A stretch of DNA of 64,000 nt, from contig NC_092383.1 in NCBI RefSeq assembly GCF_030028105.1, positions 94,641,712 to 94,705,711 on the forward strand, written 5' to 3'. Of the stretch, positions 38,400 to 52,400 are shown in pieces (positions within the stretch are counted from its first letter, which is position 1; each line of letters starts with the position of its first letter). The position numbers and the translations under genes are program-made. Under the pieces are notes generated by a model, which saw only the letters and a list, made by a program, of their open reading frames with translations, was not told the DNA's origin and did not search any database. This stretch comes from Mobula birostris (taxonomy: Eukaryota).

Positions 38400-38885
38400 A
38401 TCAGTCCAGTATACAATGACAAAACCCAATGCAGAGACTGCAACAAATATTACGTTGGCCAGACTGGGAGAAAACTATCCACAAAGATCCATGAACATCA
38501 ACTGGGTTTAAGCAGCATGGCCACTCTCCCTAGACTCTACCCATGAAGATCAAGGGCAGAAATTCAACTGGGCATCAGTGAAAGTCATGGCAGAAGTGAA
38601 CACATGGCATGCAAGAGAATGCTTAGAAGCGTGGTTTTCCACAAACATTTCTGTAAAACATGCAGACTTCGGTCCTGTATACGAGCTGATGCAGGCAAAA
38701 TTCCTGACCACAATGCACAAAGTTCACCACTCAGCCAATCAGCTGACTTAAAAGTATATAAAGGCCAAGCATTCGGAGGACACACCACAGTCAACAGCGC
38801 ATTGACAATGTTGCCTTGCAAGGTGATGAAATGTTTGCAAGTAAACTGCGAAAAGTAAAGCTTAGCGAATAACTCAACCCAACCA
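38400..38885 (+). mobile_element. Second Penelope-like family: GIY-YIG fragment with degenerate hammerhead
   Basis: Translates CRDCNKYYVGQTGRKLSTKIHEHQ ... FNWASVKVMAEVNTWHARECLEAWFS. Hammerhead-like motif at 38799-38838. Confidence 0.75.
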
Positions 38886-41800
38886 TAGGTCATTGAAGCT
38901 TATTTTAAAATACTGATCAAATGAATGTAGTACAATAATCTATGTTACAACGTATCTTTATGATAGATAGTTAAATCTAACTTTTCTCTTTTGAATAGGA
39001 GCGTATTTTTACTTTACCAGCTTTTGTAAGACAGTGCTCTCAACATTCATGTCATCAGAAGTCTGTCACATTTTGTTGATTCTCTCTAACACCCTTTCAT
39101 AAATTACAGACCTGTCATAGCACATTTCTGCCCATCAATTCCATGCTAGCTCTTTGAGGAGACGTTCTACCATTTGTTCCCTGAAGACTTGCAGATTATT
39201 TTTCCTGAAGTGCTTATCCAATTCCCTTTTGAGTTTACATAATGCTTGTGTTTACAATGGGCCCCAAAAGCAATCTAAATCTTCTACTGAGAGGCTATAA
39301 ACATAGGAAATGTATAGGGTGGGCTGTGAAGCAAACACAAACAGTACAAAAACTGCAATGGTTTGCTTCTAAATGTTTCCGTATGTAATCTCTGACAAGG
39401 ACACCGAATATTTTATCAGAATTCATTCTTTGCTTTTTCACTAGTATGTATACTCAGATTATGCCTCAACAAGCCTGCAGTGATGGGATTGGTTAGGGCT
39501 CTTTTGTAGAGTTTGGAATGAACTCATAGAAACCTACACATTTGCTAGTGTTCAGCGACATGGCGTCCATGTCACCCAAGACTAGAAAATTTCTGCAGAT
39601 GTACTGTGGTGAGCATTCTAACTGGTTGCATCACTGTCTGGTTTTCAGGGGCTAGTGTAAAGAATCGGTAAAAGCTGCAGAGGGTTGTAAACTCAGCTCG
39701 TTCCATGATGGGCAACAGCCTCCCTGGCATCGAGGACATCTTCAAAAGGTGAAGCCTCAAAAAGACAGCACCCATCATAAAGGTCCCCACCACTTCTTAT
39801 TACTACCACCAGGGAGAAGGCACAGGAGCCCTAAGAGCCACACTCAACATTTTAGGAACATTTTCTTCCCCTCCGCCATCAGATTTCTGAATGGTCTGTG
39901 AACACTACCATTAATATTTCTCTCTCTTTTTGATTTCTTATTGTAATTTGTGGTACATTTCATGTCTTGCATTGTACTGCTGTCACAAAACAAAAAAATT
40001 TCACAGCATATGTCAGTGATAATCAACCTGATTCTGACATTTTTAACAGTTCTGGATAGACCAGATGCAGGATGTTCCTGATGGTGGGAGGGTTCACGGT
40101 CACAGCCCAAGGACAAGGGTCTTATTTCAAGGGGCTCTAACGAGAAGGGACAAGTCATGTAGGACTCAGATGAGGAGAAATATCCACACCCTTGAGTGGT
40201 AAACCTGTGGAATTCTGCACCAGAGAAGGCAGTTGAGACCAATTACTGAAATATATTCAAGGAGAAATGGTAATGGTTAAATAAATCAAAGGATATGGGA
40301 AGAAAGCAGGTTCATGGAACTGAATTTGGATCACTAGGATCATTCAACTAGATGGGCTGAAAGGCCTTCTGCTATATTCGTAATAAATTTCAGTGACGAG
40401 GAATTATAGAAATAACTCGACAATAACTCAAGCAAATAGCTACATGATATTAGTTAATGAGTATAGACACAAACTCTTTTAAAAATCTTTTAGCAACAAG
40501 AATATAGAAATGTCCCCTTCATGATCTAGCCATGAACCATACTGATGGTGCATTAACCAATGATTGCTGCATCTCTTAGGTTGAGATGCCACCTGCAGGC
40601 ACATAGCAGTAGTGCAATTATTTGCCAAAGGCAGAACAAGGAGAATCCTCTTTCAAGTGCATGCGTTTATCTAAAATTACAAGAGACTGCCCAAAAAAAA
40701 GCATTTAAACAAGGGTTAGTAACGTAATCTGTTCAGGAAGATTTGAAAGGAAATTACCTTTAGATTGAACAGCAATGACACTATGGGACTCACTTATTGG
40801 TAGTGAACTTGTACAGAGGAATATTTGAGGGGGACAGCTTATCCTGCAGAAGTACTACTGGCAAAGATTAAAACTAGACTCTTGACCTCTAGCTCACACT
40901 GGCAACCAGAGACACTTGTGATGTGAAATTAGTCCCAAATGATCTGCGAAGGAAAAAGCACTTGAAATATAGCAAAATACCACGTTCTTTGGAGATGTTG
41001 TACAATATTGGTTTCAGAGTTGGGTGTAAGGCACATTGCTGCCACAGAGATCATTACTTTGCACCCAACGTAACAGAGAAGCAAAGGGTGCACGCACTTG
41101 ATGGTTTCTGGAATAAGCTGAGTTGTTTCCTAACATTACCTTATATTGAACAACTACAATAATAACCTTGTGGTACAAAATTTGGCGTATCCACACACTC
41201 AGATAATAATCTGTAACAGGATTTTGCTTAAGTTATTAGAATTAGCTGAAAACAATAACCCAAAGGCATCATCCACATGCTGGGCCAATAACGAAATCAA
41301 GTTGCTACTCGTAATATTTGTTAGCTGAGCTTTCACATCTGAACATTGTTCATTTGCAGTTGACTCAATCCTGAAAAATTCTAAATAGAGCTTTAGAAAT
41401 TTTTTAAAAATGGCTTCCTTCTGATAATAGCACCAAAAACTCCATTTTTTTCACTATTTAAAATGTTTTCATCTTTAAATAAATTACAGGTACATTAGAA
41501 AAAATCTAAAACATTTACATATGTATGTCTGATAAAAACATGTGGCACATAAAATGATTGTGACTAAAGCAGTTTAGGCCTGCTACAAAATGAATACTTG
41601 CATAAATAAATTTAACATCAATTAAATCAAAAGTCATCTTCAAAGATCAATGTCATCTTTAAAGATCAGCTTTCCAAAACAATTTCTTTGCTAATGTCTA
41701 CAAGTGAGTCACATAGAAAACAACCCTAATTCTGTCACAATTTTGACTGGGTAGAAGCCATTTTCAGATAAATGGTTAAAACAGGGGACCACGATTTTAA

Positions 41801-42438
41801 TTGTGTCATTCAATTAAGATGAGTAGATTTGAATTAAGTTTGACTTTGAAAAACCATCAATTCTTATGCAGTGCACTGAGTCAATGTTAAGAGGCACTGT
41901 CAAGGATTTGATTATCCAAAAGTTGTTTACTGGGAAAGCTTTGGACTAGGACACTCACAGATCCACCCGTTGACAGTGTAACTGAGATCAAGTAACGATT
42001 CTCCACGTGCTAGTGGAGGAATTGCAAAGTTTCATATCTGAAAATTATAGGAAGGTTGTTTCCTCAGAATTCAAATTTATTAACTGCACCTGAACTGCCT
42101 CTGTCTTGGATATTTTGTTTAGGAAACTGCATCACCAATAGGGCTGCCCCCTTGTCTGTTTACACAATCATCTAAGAACCAAATCTTTGCCTTTCAAGTA
42201 ACAATTTGATGCTGTAACAGCTTTCGAATTTTTAGGGAGGCAAAGGTATCCAGTGAACATTCCTCAAGATCTCACTTGTGAAATATTTTGGTTGAGTGTG
42301 TAGCTTAGTCCCGGATACAATATGCCATTACTACTTCTATAAAGGGTAGGGATTCCTGATCTTAGAGTTGCCTTGGGCTATTCAGTGAAACTTCCCTTTG
42401 GCTGGGAAAGTGGGTTACTAGGCATTTATACAATAAAT

Positions 42439-42511
42439 GAGGGGCTCGCAACCTTTCTTATGTCCCTACCACTAACCGGGGGGTCCGTGGACCCCAGGTT
42501 AGAAATCCCTG
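42439..42511. mobile_element. hAT-type MITE within the presumptive YOD1 3' UTR (other copies ~28242, ~30694, 44171-44249)
   Basis: Perfect 8-bp TSD CAATAAAT (42431-42438 and 42512-42519). Degenerate TIRs match the 8727 element. Confidence 0.8.
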
Positions 42512-43136
42512 CAATAAATGGTAACTCAGCAGAACAATTAAAAAACATTTCAGGCCATCAACATGGGCTAGAAATGAAAGTGGTAGCTCAGGATGTTATT
42601 CTGAAGAACTGACCACTAAAAACTTGTTAAATCATTAAACAGGCAACCGCGCTCTTACCCTTGCCCACTGCCCCCCCCCCACAGTGGAATGATGAACCTA
42701 GAGGAATTAGTATTCACACCAAAAAGTTTACATGTACTTTCTTCAGTTGAATGTTTTGCAGTAAGGAGGTTTTCAGTTTGGCTCATTCCTGTGAATTTAA
42801 TCGGGAACAATCAAAGTCTGGAGAAACCACTGACATATTTTTCTGGCAACTAAATCTCTCCATTAGTTAATACACCTAATGGGGAAAACCTGAGGCAGTA
42901 ATATTTTAATATGCAATGAGAGGTGTATAATAATAGATTGGAATAATCAGGCAAAATCAATTCCTACTATGTAAACAGCAGTTTAACAATGAGAACTAAC
43001 CTTTTCAACCAACCAGCAATTTGATCAGCTCACAACTAATCAAACCAGGGTTTAAAAGATCCATATAATTCCATTTTGTTCCTAAAGAAATATTCCAGTG
43101 CATTCCAGGAGCGTGAGGTAAGTAATTTTCTGAACA

Positions 43137-43840
43137 TCACACCTCTCCGAAGTTGGTGTGCCCCGTCTCTTTAGCATGCTCCCTAGCTTCTACCTGACCC
43201 ACCAGGCCCTTCTGGCAGACTATGCAACGCAGTGTGAATCTGTTCAGATCGGTGAACTGCCGTTTTCTTCTAGCCTCATCGCCCAGCTCCAGTGCCTGAG
43301 CGAGTACAACATCATCCGCCGTGGAGAAGATGGTTTGCGGTGGGGTCTCGGGGTCCTCAAACCGCCGTTCCAACGGGTCGTAGTGAATCCCGTCGTAAAT
43401 CAGAAGCACCCGCTTCGTGTAGCTGACGTCCTCTCCAAACCTGTCGATTCGTACTGTCTGTGTATCCACGACACAGATCTCGCACCGGTAAAATTTGGAT
43501 AGAATGGAGATCTCAATGGCCCCTCCCCATGTGTCACTCCGGCAAATCCAGTTACAGTATTCCCAATTACTCTTTCCCAGTACCGCTTCTGTGTACGAGT
43601 GGGGGTCACTTGCCACGATCTGGGCGATCAGGTTTCGCATTTCTGGGGCACAGTTTGGTTCACAGACACCTCCTTCTACCACATAGTGGATACTTGTGAA
43701 GAGGCAGGAGTTGTCTGCAGGGACAACATGTCGAGTCAGGTGCGGAAAAGTACTCGTATCTGAGCTTTCCACACCAAGCTTTGAGGCGGAACCTTTGGTT
43801 TTCACTACGTCCCGTTCCTCCTCCACAATCAAAGTATCTC
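43137..43840 (-). CDS. YOD1: YOD1/OTU1 deubiquitinase, last coding exon (OTU domain + C2H2 zinc finger)
   Basis: [48 protein letters not shown]...[14 protein letters not shown]. Acceptor tcttttccag| at 43841; phase-1 join restores G-D-T-L-I-V-E-E. Confidence 0.97.
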
Positions 43841-44749
43841 CTGGAAAAGAGTGTTTAGTGTGACCTACTTGATTATTTCAGAATTGGTTTAGACATTATG
43901 AAGAAATACATCAATGACAAGGAATATAGAGCAAAGAAACAGATCTTTCACGCTAGGTTGTCACTCTTCATTCAGCTACTTGCTCATATAAACCTCTCCA
44001 AATCAACATCTAAAAGAAATTTTCTGAAGATACATGGATGGGAGGGCTTAATGGGTTTAGACAGATTAATAGTTTGGCATGGACTAGATGGGCAGAATAG
44101 CCTATTTCTGTGCTGTAGTTTTCTATGACTCCATTCCTTTCTCATGTCTTTACCCAGCCTTTATCTAAACCAGTGGTTCCCAACCTGGGGTGCATGGACG
44201 CCTTGCTTAATGGTATTGGTCCATGGCATAAAAAGGTTGGGATTTCCTGATAAACAACACATCCTCACCATTCACCCCAACCACCAATTAGTATAGCATT
44301 ATATTCCCACTTGCCACTTTTTTGATAAAGTAATTTCTTCTGAACTGTCCTTTTGATTTCCTGATTTACTGACTCCCAGTTTTTTCCCAGGTATGTAAAA
44401 TATGTTTTTAATTAAGACGTTTAAGTGTAGACAATTGAACTTGCTTGCTAAGGGCAGATCACATAATAAGGGATTTTTAACTCCATTCTTCCATAATCTT
44501 TAAATCCCTCACTGAATGAGAAGCTGTCAATCGCTGTCTTAAATACATACAAATGACTTGGCTTCCGCAGTCCTCTGAATTCTACAGATTCACCATCCTC
44601 AGGGCAGTGGAATGCTGAGGTTACTTGGCCAGCTAGTCATCTGCTCACACCATCCCAGGAGACCCAACACCTTCCCTTCCCACCACCCAGACCCCAAACC
44701 TTCTGACCCAATGAAGCAGTAGTTCACTTGCACTTTCTCCAATGCAAAA

Positions 44750-46110
44750 GCAGGCCCATTCAGTCCGACCTGATCTTCTGCCTAGTCCCATCTTCCCGCA
44801 CCCGGACCATAGCCTCCAAACCCCTCCCATCCATGTACTTATCCAAACTTCTCTTAAACGTTGCAATGGAGCCTACATCCGTCACTTCCGCTGGTAGCTC
44901 ATTCCATGCTCACTCCTCCTCCTGAGTGAAGAAGCTTGCCCTCAGGTTCCCCTTAAATATTTCAGCTTTCACTCCTAATCCAGAAATTTAGTTCTATTCT
45001 CACCTGAACCCAGGGGAAAAAACCTGTTTGCAGTTACCCTGTCTCTACCCCTCAATTTTGTATACCTCTATCAAATCTCTTCTCATTTTCCTATGCTCCA
45101 GGGAATAAAATCCTAACCTATTCAGCCTTTCCCTATTCCTTAGGTCCTCAAGCCTTGGCAACTTCCTTGTGATTTTTCTCTGCATTTTTTCAATCTTATT
45201 TACATCTTTTCTCTAGGTAGGTGACCAGAACTGCACACAATAGTCCAAATTAAGCCTCACCAACATCTTATGCAACTTCAACATAACAATCCAACTCCGG
45301 TACTCAAACTCTGATTTACGAAGGCCAGTGTGCCAAAAGCTCTGTTTACAACCCTATCTACTTGTGATGCCACTTTCAAGGAATTACAGACCTAAATTCC
45401 CAGGTCCCTCTGACTATCACACTCCTCAGTGCTCTGATGTGAAGTCCTAACCAGGTTTGTCCAAAGTGCAACATCACACTCATCTGCATTAAATTCTGTC
45501 TACCATTTTTCTAGCTGGTACCCATCACACTGCAAACTTTGATAGTGTTACTCACCGACCACTATGCCCCCTTTTACAATTTTCTGACCCAGTTTACATT
45601 ACCATCCAGATTGTTGACATAGATGACAAACAACGGTCTCGGCACCGATCTCTGCAGCACACTACTAATCACAGGCCTCCACTCAGAGAGACATCCATCT
45701 ACTACCGCTCTCTAGCTTCTCCCACAAAGCCAGTATCAAATCCAATCTACTATCTCATCTTGAATGCCAAGCAACTGAACCTTCTGGAGCAGCTTCTTAT
45801 ATGGGGCTTTGTCAAAGGCCTTGCTAAAGTGCATTTCGACAACATCCTTTCCTTCATCAACTTTCTTAGTAACTTCCTTGAAAAACTTGTACAAGATTGG
45901 TTAGACATGACCTACCACGTACAAAGCCATGTTGACTATCCCTAATCAGTCCTTGTCTATCCAAATACTTATGCATCTTTTAAAATATCTTCCAATAATT
46001 TATCCACTGACTTCAAGTTCACTGGCCTGTAATTTTCTAGTTTATTGGTACAGCCTTTCTTGAACAAGGGAGCAACATTAGCTATCCTTTAGTCCTCCGC
46101 CACCTCACTA
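44750..46110 (-). mobile_element. CR1 LINE fragment in the YOD1 intron
   Basis: Degenerate RT-to-3'UTR sequence homologous to the other CR1 copies. Confidence 0.7.
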
Positions 46111-46280
46111 GGTGGCTAGTGCTTCATGTTTAGTGTTCAATTGGTGGCCTCCGGAATACCAAAGGCAAATGCAGATTACATGACTCCTATGCAGAACACC
46201 TCCGACTTGGCCCTGCCCTCTTAATTACTCAGGCAGCATTTACTCCTTTGTTCTGTAGACGGGGCCTTTAATACACTCAC

Positions 46281-46488
46281 CAGATTTGATAGGACAATCC
46301 TTGAGAGCCAGTTCTCCATTGTGGAGATCCAGGCAGCATGGAGGATATCCCACCATAATTTTCTGCAGAGCACATGGAACCCCTGTTAGCTCTTCCACTT
46401 TATCTTTCAGCTCTTGGACACTGGATGATGAGGTCAGCCCTTGCATCAGGTGGGTTCCATTCTTCGCCTTGCATCGCAAACGCAGCAT
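46281..46488 (-). CDS. YOD1: YOD1 first coding exon (UBX/ubiquitin-like domain)
   Basis: MLRLRCKAKNGTHLMQGL..KIMVGYPP..LDL..PIKSG. Acceptor ttccttcag| 6 nt before the ATG; donor G|gtgagt at 46280. 208+704 nt gives 303 aa. Confidence 0.95.
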
Positions 46489-48992
46489 TTTACTCTGAAG
46501 GAACAAAGTGAAATTCGGTCAAAGGTGACATTCTGCTAGGATTTCGTTGACAAGATCCATTTTTCTTTTACCATTTATACCAGTGATTCAAAGTGACCAA
46601 GTCTGTGTGTTGCTGTGCCCCATACAGTTAAAATGTTGCACCACTCATTTCAAAAGTGCTTAATAGGAGCTGACAGCACAGAAATGAGACAATTATACAA
46701 TGCAAGTTATTGTTTTATTATCAGATAATGAAAAAAAATCAAATTGCTACATGAGAAGTTAGTTGTGTGGGAATGATCACATAACACTAAGCTGTAACTA
46801 AGATCCACAATAACAAATAACATTTGTCTTGATTTCTCTCTCTCTACTCTCAATATAGGTAGACCTGTGTGTATATAGTGATGTATGTGTATACACATAT
46901 ACACACAACATAATCAAGGGGCCCTCATACCTTGGTCATTCTCTCTTTGACCATCTCCCATTGGGCAGAAAATGTAAAAGCCTGAGATACAAAACACAAG
47001 GTTCACATGATCTAACTTTCTAGACCATTCTAACATGACTTCGGCCAACCCTGATGAAGTCCATGTGGGCAATGTCTACCACCTTGCTCTTGTCAATCCA
47101 CTTCTCAAAGCAAAATCAAATTTGAGAGACACCTACAGCACACAGGCTCACAGTCATGCTAGGCAAAGAAGCAACGAGAATAATTTTACCTTTTGAAGGA
47201 AAAACATCAGCAAAATCAGTGGGTTAAATTGAGCTGGATGTGCCTGATTCTGTGACGGGAACCTTCTCCTATTTAGTCCCAGAATAAATGACGGGCAAGT
47301 GGTTTAATATAAAGACAACGGAGGAACTATCAGCACAGTCATACAGCATAGAACAGGCCCTTTGACCCAACTCAGCCATGCTGATTATATTGCCCAGGGA
47401 GCTCATCCCATCTGACCACATTGACCTGCAGCCTTCTAAACCTCTCTGATCCAATTTATTTCATTGCTTTTAGATCTCATCCAACTCATTCCAAATACGT
47501 ACCACCCTTTGCATGAAGAACCTGCCCTGATGTATCTTTAAAACCTCTCGTCTCTGATTTTAATGCCATGCCCTCCTGTTATTAGAATCTCCTCCCTGGG
47601 CAACAGACTAAGATTTCATCCTGCTAACCTTCATGACCTTATATACCTCTATCAGGTTACCTCCTCAATTTCTACACTCCAGGGAATAAAGTCCTGGCGT
47701 AAGCAATCTCTCCTTGTAACTCAAGCTCATCTTGGTAACTCTTTTCAACACCCTTTCTAGTTTAATAGCACTTTCCTATAATAGTGACCAAATCTGTCCA
47801 CATTGCTGTAGAATAGAGCAGAAATGAGAATCTGTGGAGTTCATTGCCACAGATGGCTGTGGAGACCAAGGTTATGGGGAGAAGGCAAGTACATGGGGTT
47901 GAGAGAGAAAATAAATCAGCCATGATAGAATGGCAGATCACTCAATGAGCCGAATAGCCAAATTGTGCTCCAATGTCTTATTGAAACCAGTGGCATAGCT
48001 CAACATTATTACAACTCGGGGCATTCCAGAGTTCAGTTCTGGCGCCACCTGTAAGTTGTCTTTGTATGTTCTACCCATGGATGCGAGTATTTTCTTCAAT
48101 TTTGTTCCATAGTCCAAAGACACACTGAGACAGGTGAGCAAAACTGCAGAGTGTTGTAGGCTTAGCCAGCTCCATCACAGGCACGACCCTCTCCACCATC
48201 CAAGAGGCCGCACTTCAGGAAGGCAGCATCCATAACCACGGATGCTCACTGTCCGAGTCTCGTTACTGCCAGGAGCCTGAACAGATGCATTGAAAGATTC
48301 AGGAACAGTTTCTTCCCCTCCACTAGAATGGTCCATGAGCCCATGAACACTCACTTGCTCTTCCCCTTTCTGTCCCATTTATGTTGGCAAATTATAGTAA
48401 TTGCAATACTGTGCTGGGTGGAGATACACCTCTACCAAAGGAGGTAGAAGGCTCTGATAGCCTGCAGGTCTCCCCCAGGCAAGGTGTAGTGGCTGCTTAG
48501 CTCTGATCAGAGTTATGTGAAGCCGTGGGAGCAGCTGGTGGATGGTTGTATATTTGCCATTGCCTTCTTCTGGGTAGTGTCTTTATAAGACGGGTGAGCC
48601 CATCCACCACTTCCATATACCGACCACCCACTTGAAGTAATCACCATTCAAAGTTCAAAGTAAATGTACTATCAAAGGACATACGTCACCACATACAACT
48701 CTGAGATTCTTTTTTTTGCAGGCATTCACAGTAAATACAAAGAAATGCCATAGAATCAATGAAAAATAACACACACAAGATGGACAAGCGGACAATGTGC
48801 AAAAGATAACAATTTGTACAAATAAAACACAAAATATTAAATAAATAAGCAATAAATAGAGAACATGAAATTAAAAGCCCTTGAAAGTGAGTGCATAGGT
48901 TGTGGGAACAGTTCAGTGTTGGGATGAGTGCCGTTATTCCCTCTGGTTCAGTAGCCCGAGGGTTGAGGGCAATAACTGTTCCTGAACCTGGT

Positions 48993-49653
48993 CCGTCAAC
49001 ACCAGCTCCATAGCAAGGAAAGCCCAGCAGCGTCTCTACGTTCTGTGAAGGCTGAGGAAAGTCCATGTCCCACCCCTCCATCCTCACCACATTCTACAGA
49101 GGCTGTATTGAGAGCATCCTGAGCAGCTGCATCACTGCCTGGTTCGGAAATTGCACCACCTCGGATAGCAAGACCCTGCAGCGGATAGTGAAGTCAGCTG
49201 AGAAGATCACTGGGGTCTCTCTTCCCACCATTAGAGACATTTACACCACACGCTGCACCCGTACAGCAAACAGCATTATGAGGGATCCCACGTACCCCTC
49301 AAACTCTTCTCCCTCCTGCCATCTGGCAAAAGGCACTGAAATATTCCGGCTCTCACGACCAGACTATGTAACGGTTTCTTCCCCCAAGTCATCAGACTCC
49401 TCAATACCCAGAGCCTGGACTGACACCAACCTACTGCCCACTACTGTGCCTATTGTCTTGTTTATTATTTATTGTAATGCCTGAACTGTTTTGTGCACTT
49501 TATGCAGTCCTGGGTAGGTCTGTAGTCTAGTGTAGTTTTGTGTTATTTTTGTATTGTTCATGTAGCACCATGGTCCTGAAAAACATTGTCTTGTTTTTAC
49601 GGTGTACTGTACCAGCAATTATGGTTGAAATGACAATAAAAATCGACTTGACT
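48993..49653 (+). mobile_element. Rex/Babar-type LINE 3' fragment nested in another LINE tail
   Basis: ORF 49065..49484 (FYRGCIESILSSCITAWFGNC), (GACTT)n tail and a 10-bp TSD TGAACCTGGT (48983-48992 and 49654-49663). Confidence 0.85.
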
Positions 49654-49929
49654 TGAACCTGGTGATGTCACCATCACTGAACTGGACTCACCAGCTCATG
49701 TTCTTGATATTTATTGTTTACTGTTATTATTTATTTTCTCTTTTTTGTATTTGCAGTTTGTTTTTTTTGCACATTGGTTGTTTGTCCATCCTGTTGGGTG
49801 AGGTCTTTCATTGATTCTATTGTGTATCTTGTATTTACTGTGAATTCCCGCAGGAAAATTAATCTCAGGGTTGTAAATGGTGACATCCATAAATTTACTT
49901 TGAACTTTGATACAAGTCCTGAGGCTCCT

Positions 49930-52400
49930 GTATCTCCTTCCTGATGGTAGCAGTGAGAAGAGATCACAGGCTAGATGGGGAAGTCCTTGAGCCTGCAAAA
50001 CTGCTCCTTGTAGAAGTGCTCAATGGTGGGGAGGGCTTTAGCTGTGATCAACTGGACTGTATCCACTATGTTTTGTAGGCTTTTCTGGTCAAAGGCATTG
50101 ATGGTTCCATATCAGACTGTGACGCAACCAGTCAATAAATTCTCCACGGCACATCTATAGAAGTTTGTCAAAGTTTTAGATGACATGCTGAATCTTCGTA
50201 AACTTCTAAGAAAGTAGAAACACTGCTGTGCTTGCTTTGTAATGGCTGTTACGGGCTGGGTCCAGGGCAGATTCTCTGAAATGATAATGCCAAGGAATTT
50301 GAAGTTGCTGACACTCGACCTCTGATTCCCCAATGAGGACTGGCTCATGGACCTCTGATTCCCTCCTCCTGAGGTCAATATCAGCTCTTTGGTCTTGCTG
50401 ACATTGAATGACTGGTTGTTGTCATGACATCACTCAGCCAGGTATTTAGTCTCCCTATCTGCAGTTCATTACCCACCTTTGATTCCGCCATTGACAGTGG
50501 CATCATCAGCGAACTTAAATATGGCACTGGAGCTGCGCTTAGCCTCGCAGTTATAAGTGTAAAGTGAGTAGAGCAGGGGGCTAACCACACAGCTTTGTGG
50601 TGCACCTGTGCAGACAGAGATTGTGGAGGAGATGTTGTTTCTAAACCAAACCAAACTTACTGGGTCTGCAAGTGAGGAAATCGAGGATCCAGTTGCACAC
50701 GGAGGTATTGAGGCCTAGGTCTTGGGGCTGATGGATTAGTTTTGAGGGGATGCTCAGCTATAGACAATGAAGAGCATCCTGATGTATGCACCTGCACTGC
50801 CCAGATGTTCCAGTGTAGAGTGAGGAGCCAGTGAGATGGTATCTGCTGAGGACCTGTTGTGATATTAGGAGCAGATAGCTGGAGCAGATCTAAGTTGCTT
50901 CTCAGGTAAGGAGTTGATATGTTTCATTATGAACCTCTCAAAACGCTTCATTACAGTGGATGTGCTACTGGATGATAGTCATTGAGGCAGGTTACCACGT
51001 TCTCCTGGGCACCTGTATAATTGAAGCCTGCTTGAAGCAGGTGGGTACCTCAGACTGCTGAAGTAAGAGGTTAAAGATATCAGTGAGCACTCCAGCCAGT
51101 TGATCAGCACAGAACTTTAGTACTCGACAGGGCCAGATGCTTTCTGTGGGTTCACCCTCCTAAAGGAAGCTCTCATTGGCCTCAGGTCACTTTAAATCAG
51201 AATCAGGTTTAGAATCACCAGCATGTGACATGAAATTTGTTAACTTGGCAGCCAGCAGTTCAATGCAATACATAATATAGAAGAAAAAACTAAACAAATA
51301 ATAATAAAAAATAAATTACAGTATACATATATTGAATAGATTAAAAATTGTGCAAAAAAACCCAGAAATACTCTATAATAAAAAAGTGAGATTGTATCCA
51401 AGGGTTCAATGTCCATTTTGGAATCAGATGGCAGAGGGGAAGAAGCTGTTCCTGAGTCGCTGAGTGTGTGACTTCAGGCTTCTGTGCCTCCTACCTGATG
51501 GTAACAGTGAGAAAAGGGCATGCCCTGGGTGCTGGAGGTCCTTAATAATGGACACTGCCTCTTTGAGACACGGCTCCTTGAAGATGTCCTGGGTACTTTG
51601 TTTAGCTAGTACCCAAGAGGGAGCCGACTAAATTTACAACCCTCTGCCGCTTTCTTTAGTCCTGTGTACATCTTGGTACATCTATAGAAGATTTTGAGTG
51701 TATTTGTAGACATACCAAATCTCTTCAAACTCCTAATGAAATATAGCCGCTGTCTTGCTTTCTTTATAACTCCATTGATATGCTGGGACCAGGTTAGATC
51801 CCCAGAGATCTTGACATCCAGGAACTTGAAACTGCTCACTCTCTCCACTTCTGATCCCTCTATAAGGATTGGTATGTGTTCCTTCATCTTACTCTTCTGA
51901 AAGTCCACAATCAGCTCTTTCGTCTTACTGACGTTGAGTGCCAGGTTGTTGCTGTGACACCACTCCACTAGTTGGCATATCTCACTCCTGTAAACCCTCT
52001 CATCACCACCTGAGATTCTACCAACAATGATAGTTTCATCAGCAAATTTATAAATGGCATTTGAGCTACGCCTAGCCACACAGTCATGGGTATATAGAGA
52101 GTAGAGTAGTGGGCTAAGCACACACCCGAGGTGCATCAGTGTTGATCGTCAGCGAGGAGATGTTATCACCAATCCGCACAGATTGTGACCTTCTGGTTAG
52201 GACGTCGAGGATCCAATTGCAGAAGGAGGTACAGAGACCCAGGTTTTGTAACTTTGCAATTAGGATTGAGGGAATGATGGTATTAAATGCTCAGTTATAG
52301 TTGATGAACAGCATCCTGACATTGTTGTTTGTCTTGTCCAGGTAGTCTAAAGGCCTGTGAAGAACCATTGAGATTGCATCTGCTGTTGACCTATTGTGGC
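49930..52400 (-). mobile_element. Two adjacent Rex/Babar-type LINE RT fragments
   Basis: ORFs 50469..50654, 50112..50378 and 51606..52136 contain [26 protein letters not shown] and FKFLG. Confidence 0.85.

Noticed and set aside
43158-43699. Plus-strand ORFs overlapping YOD1
   Set aside because: Antisense shadows of the YOD1 coding exon.
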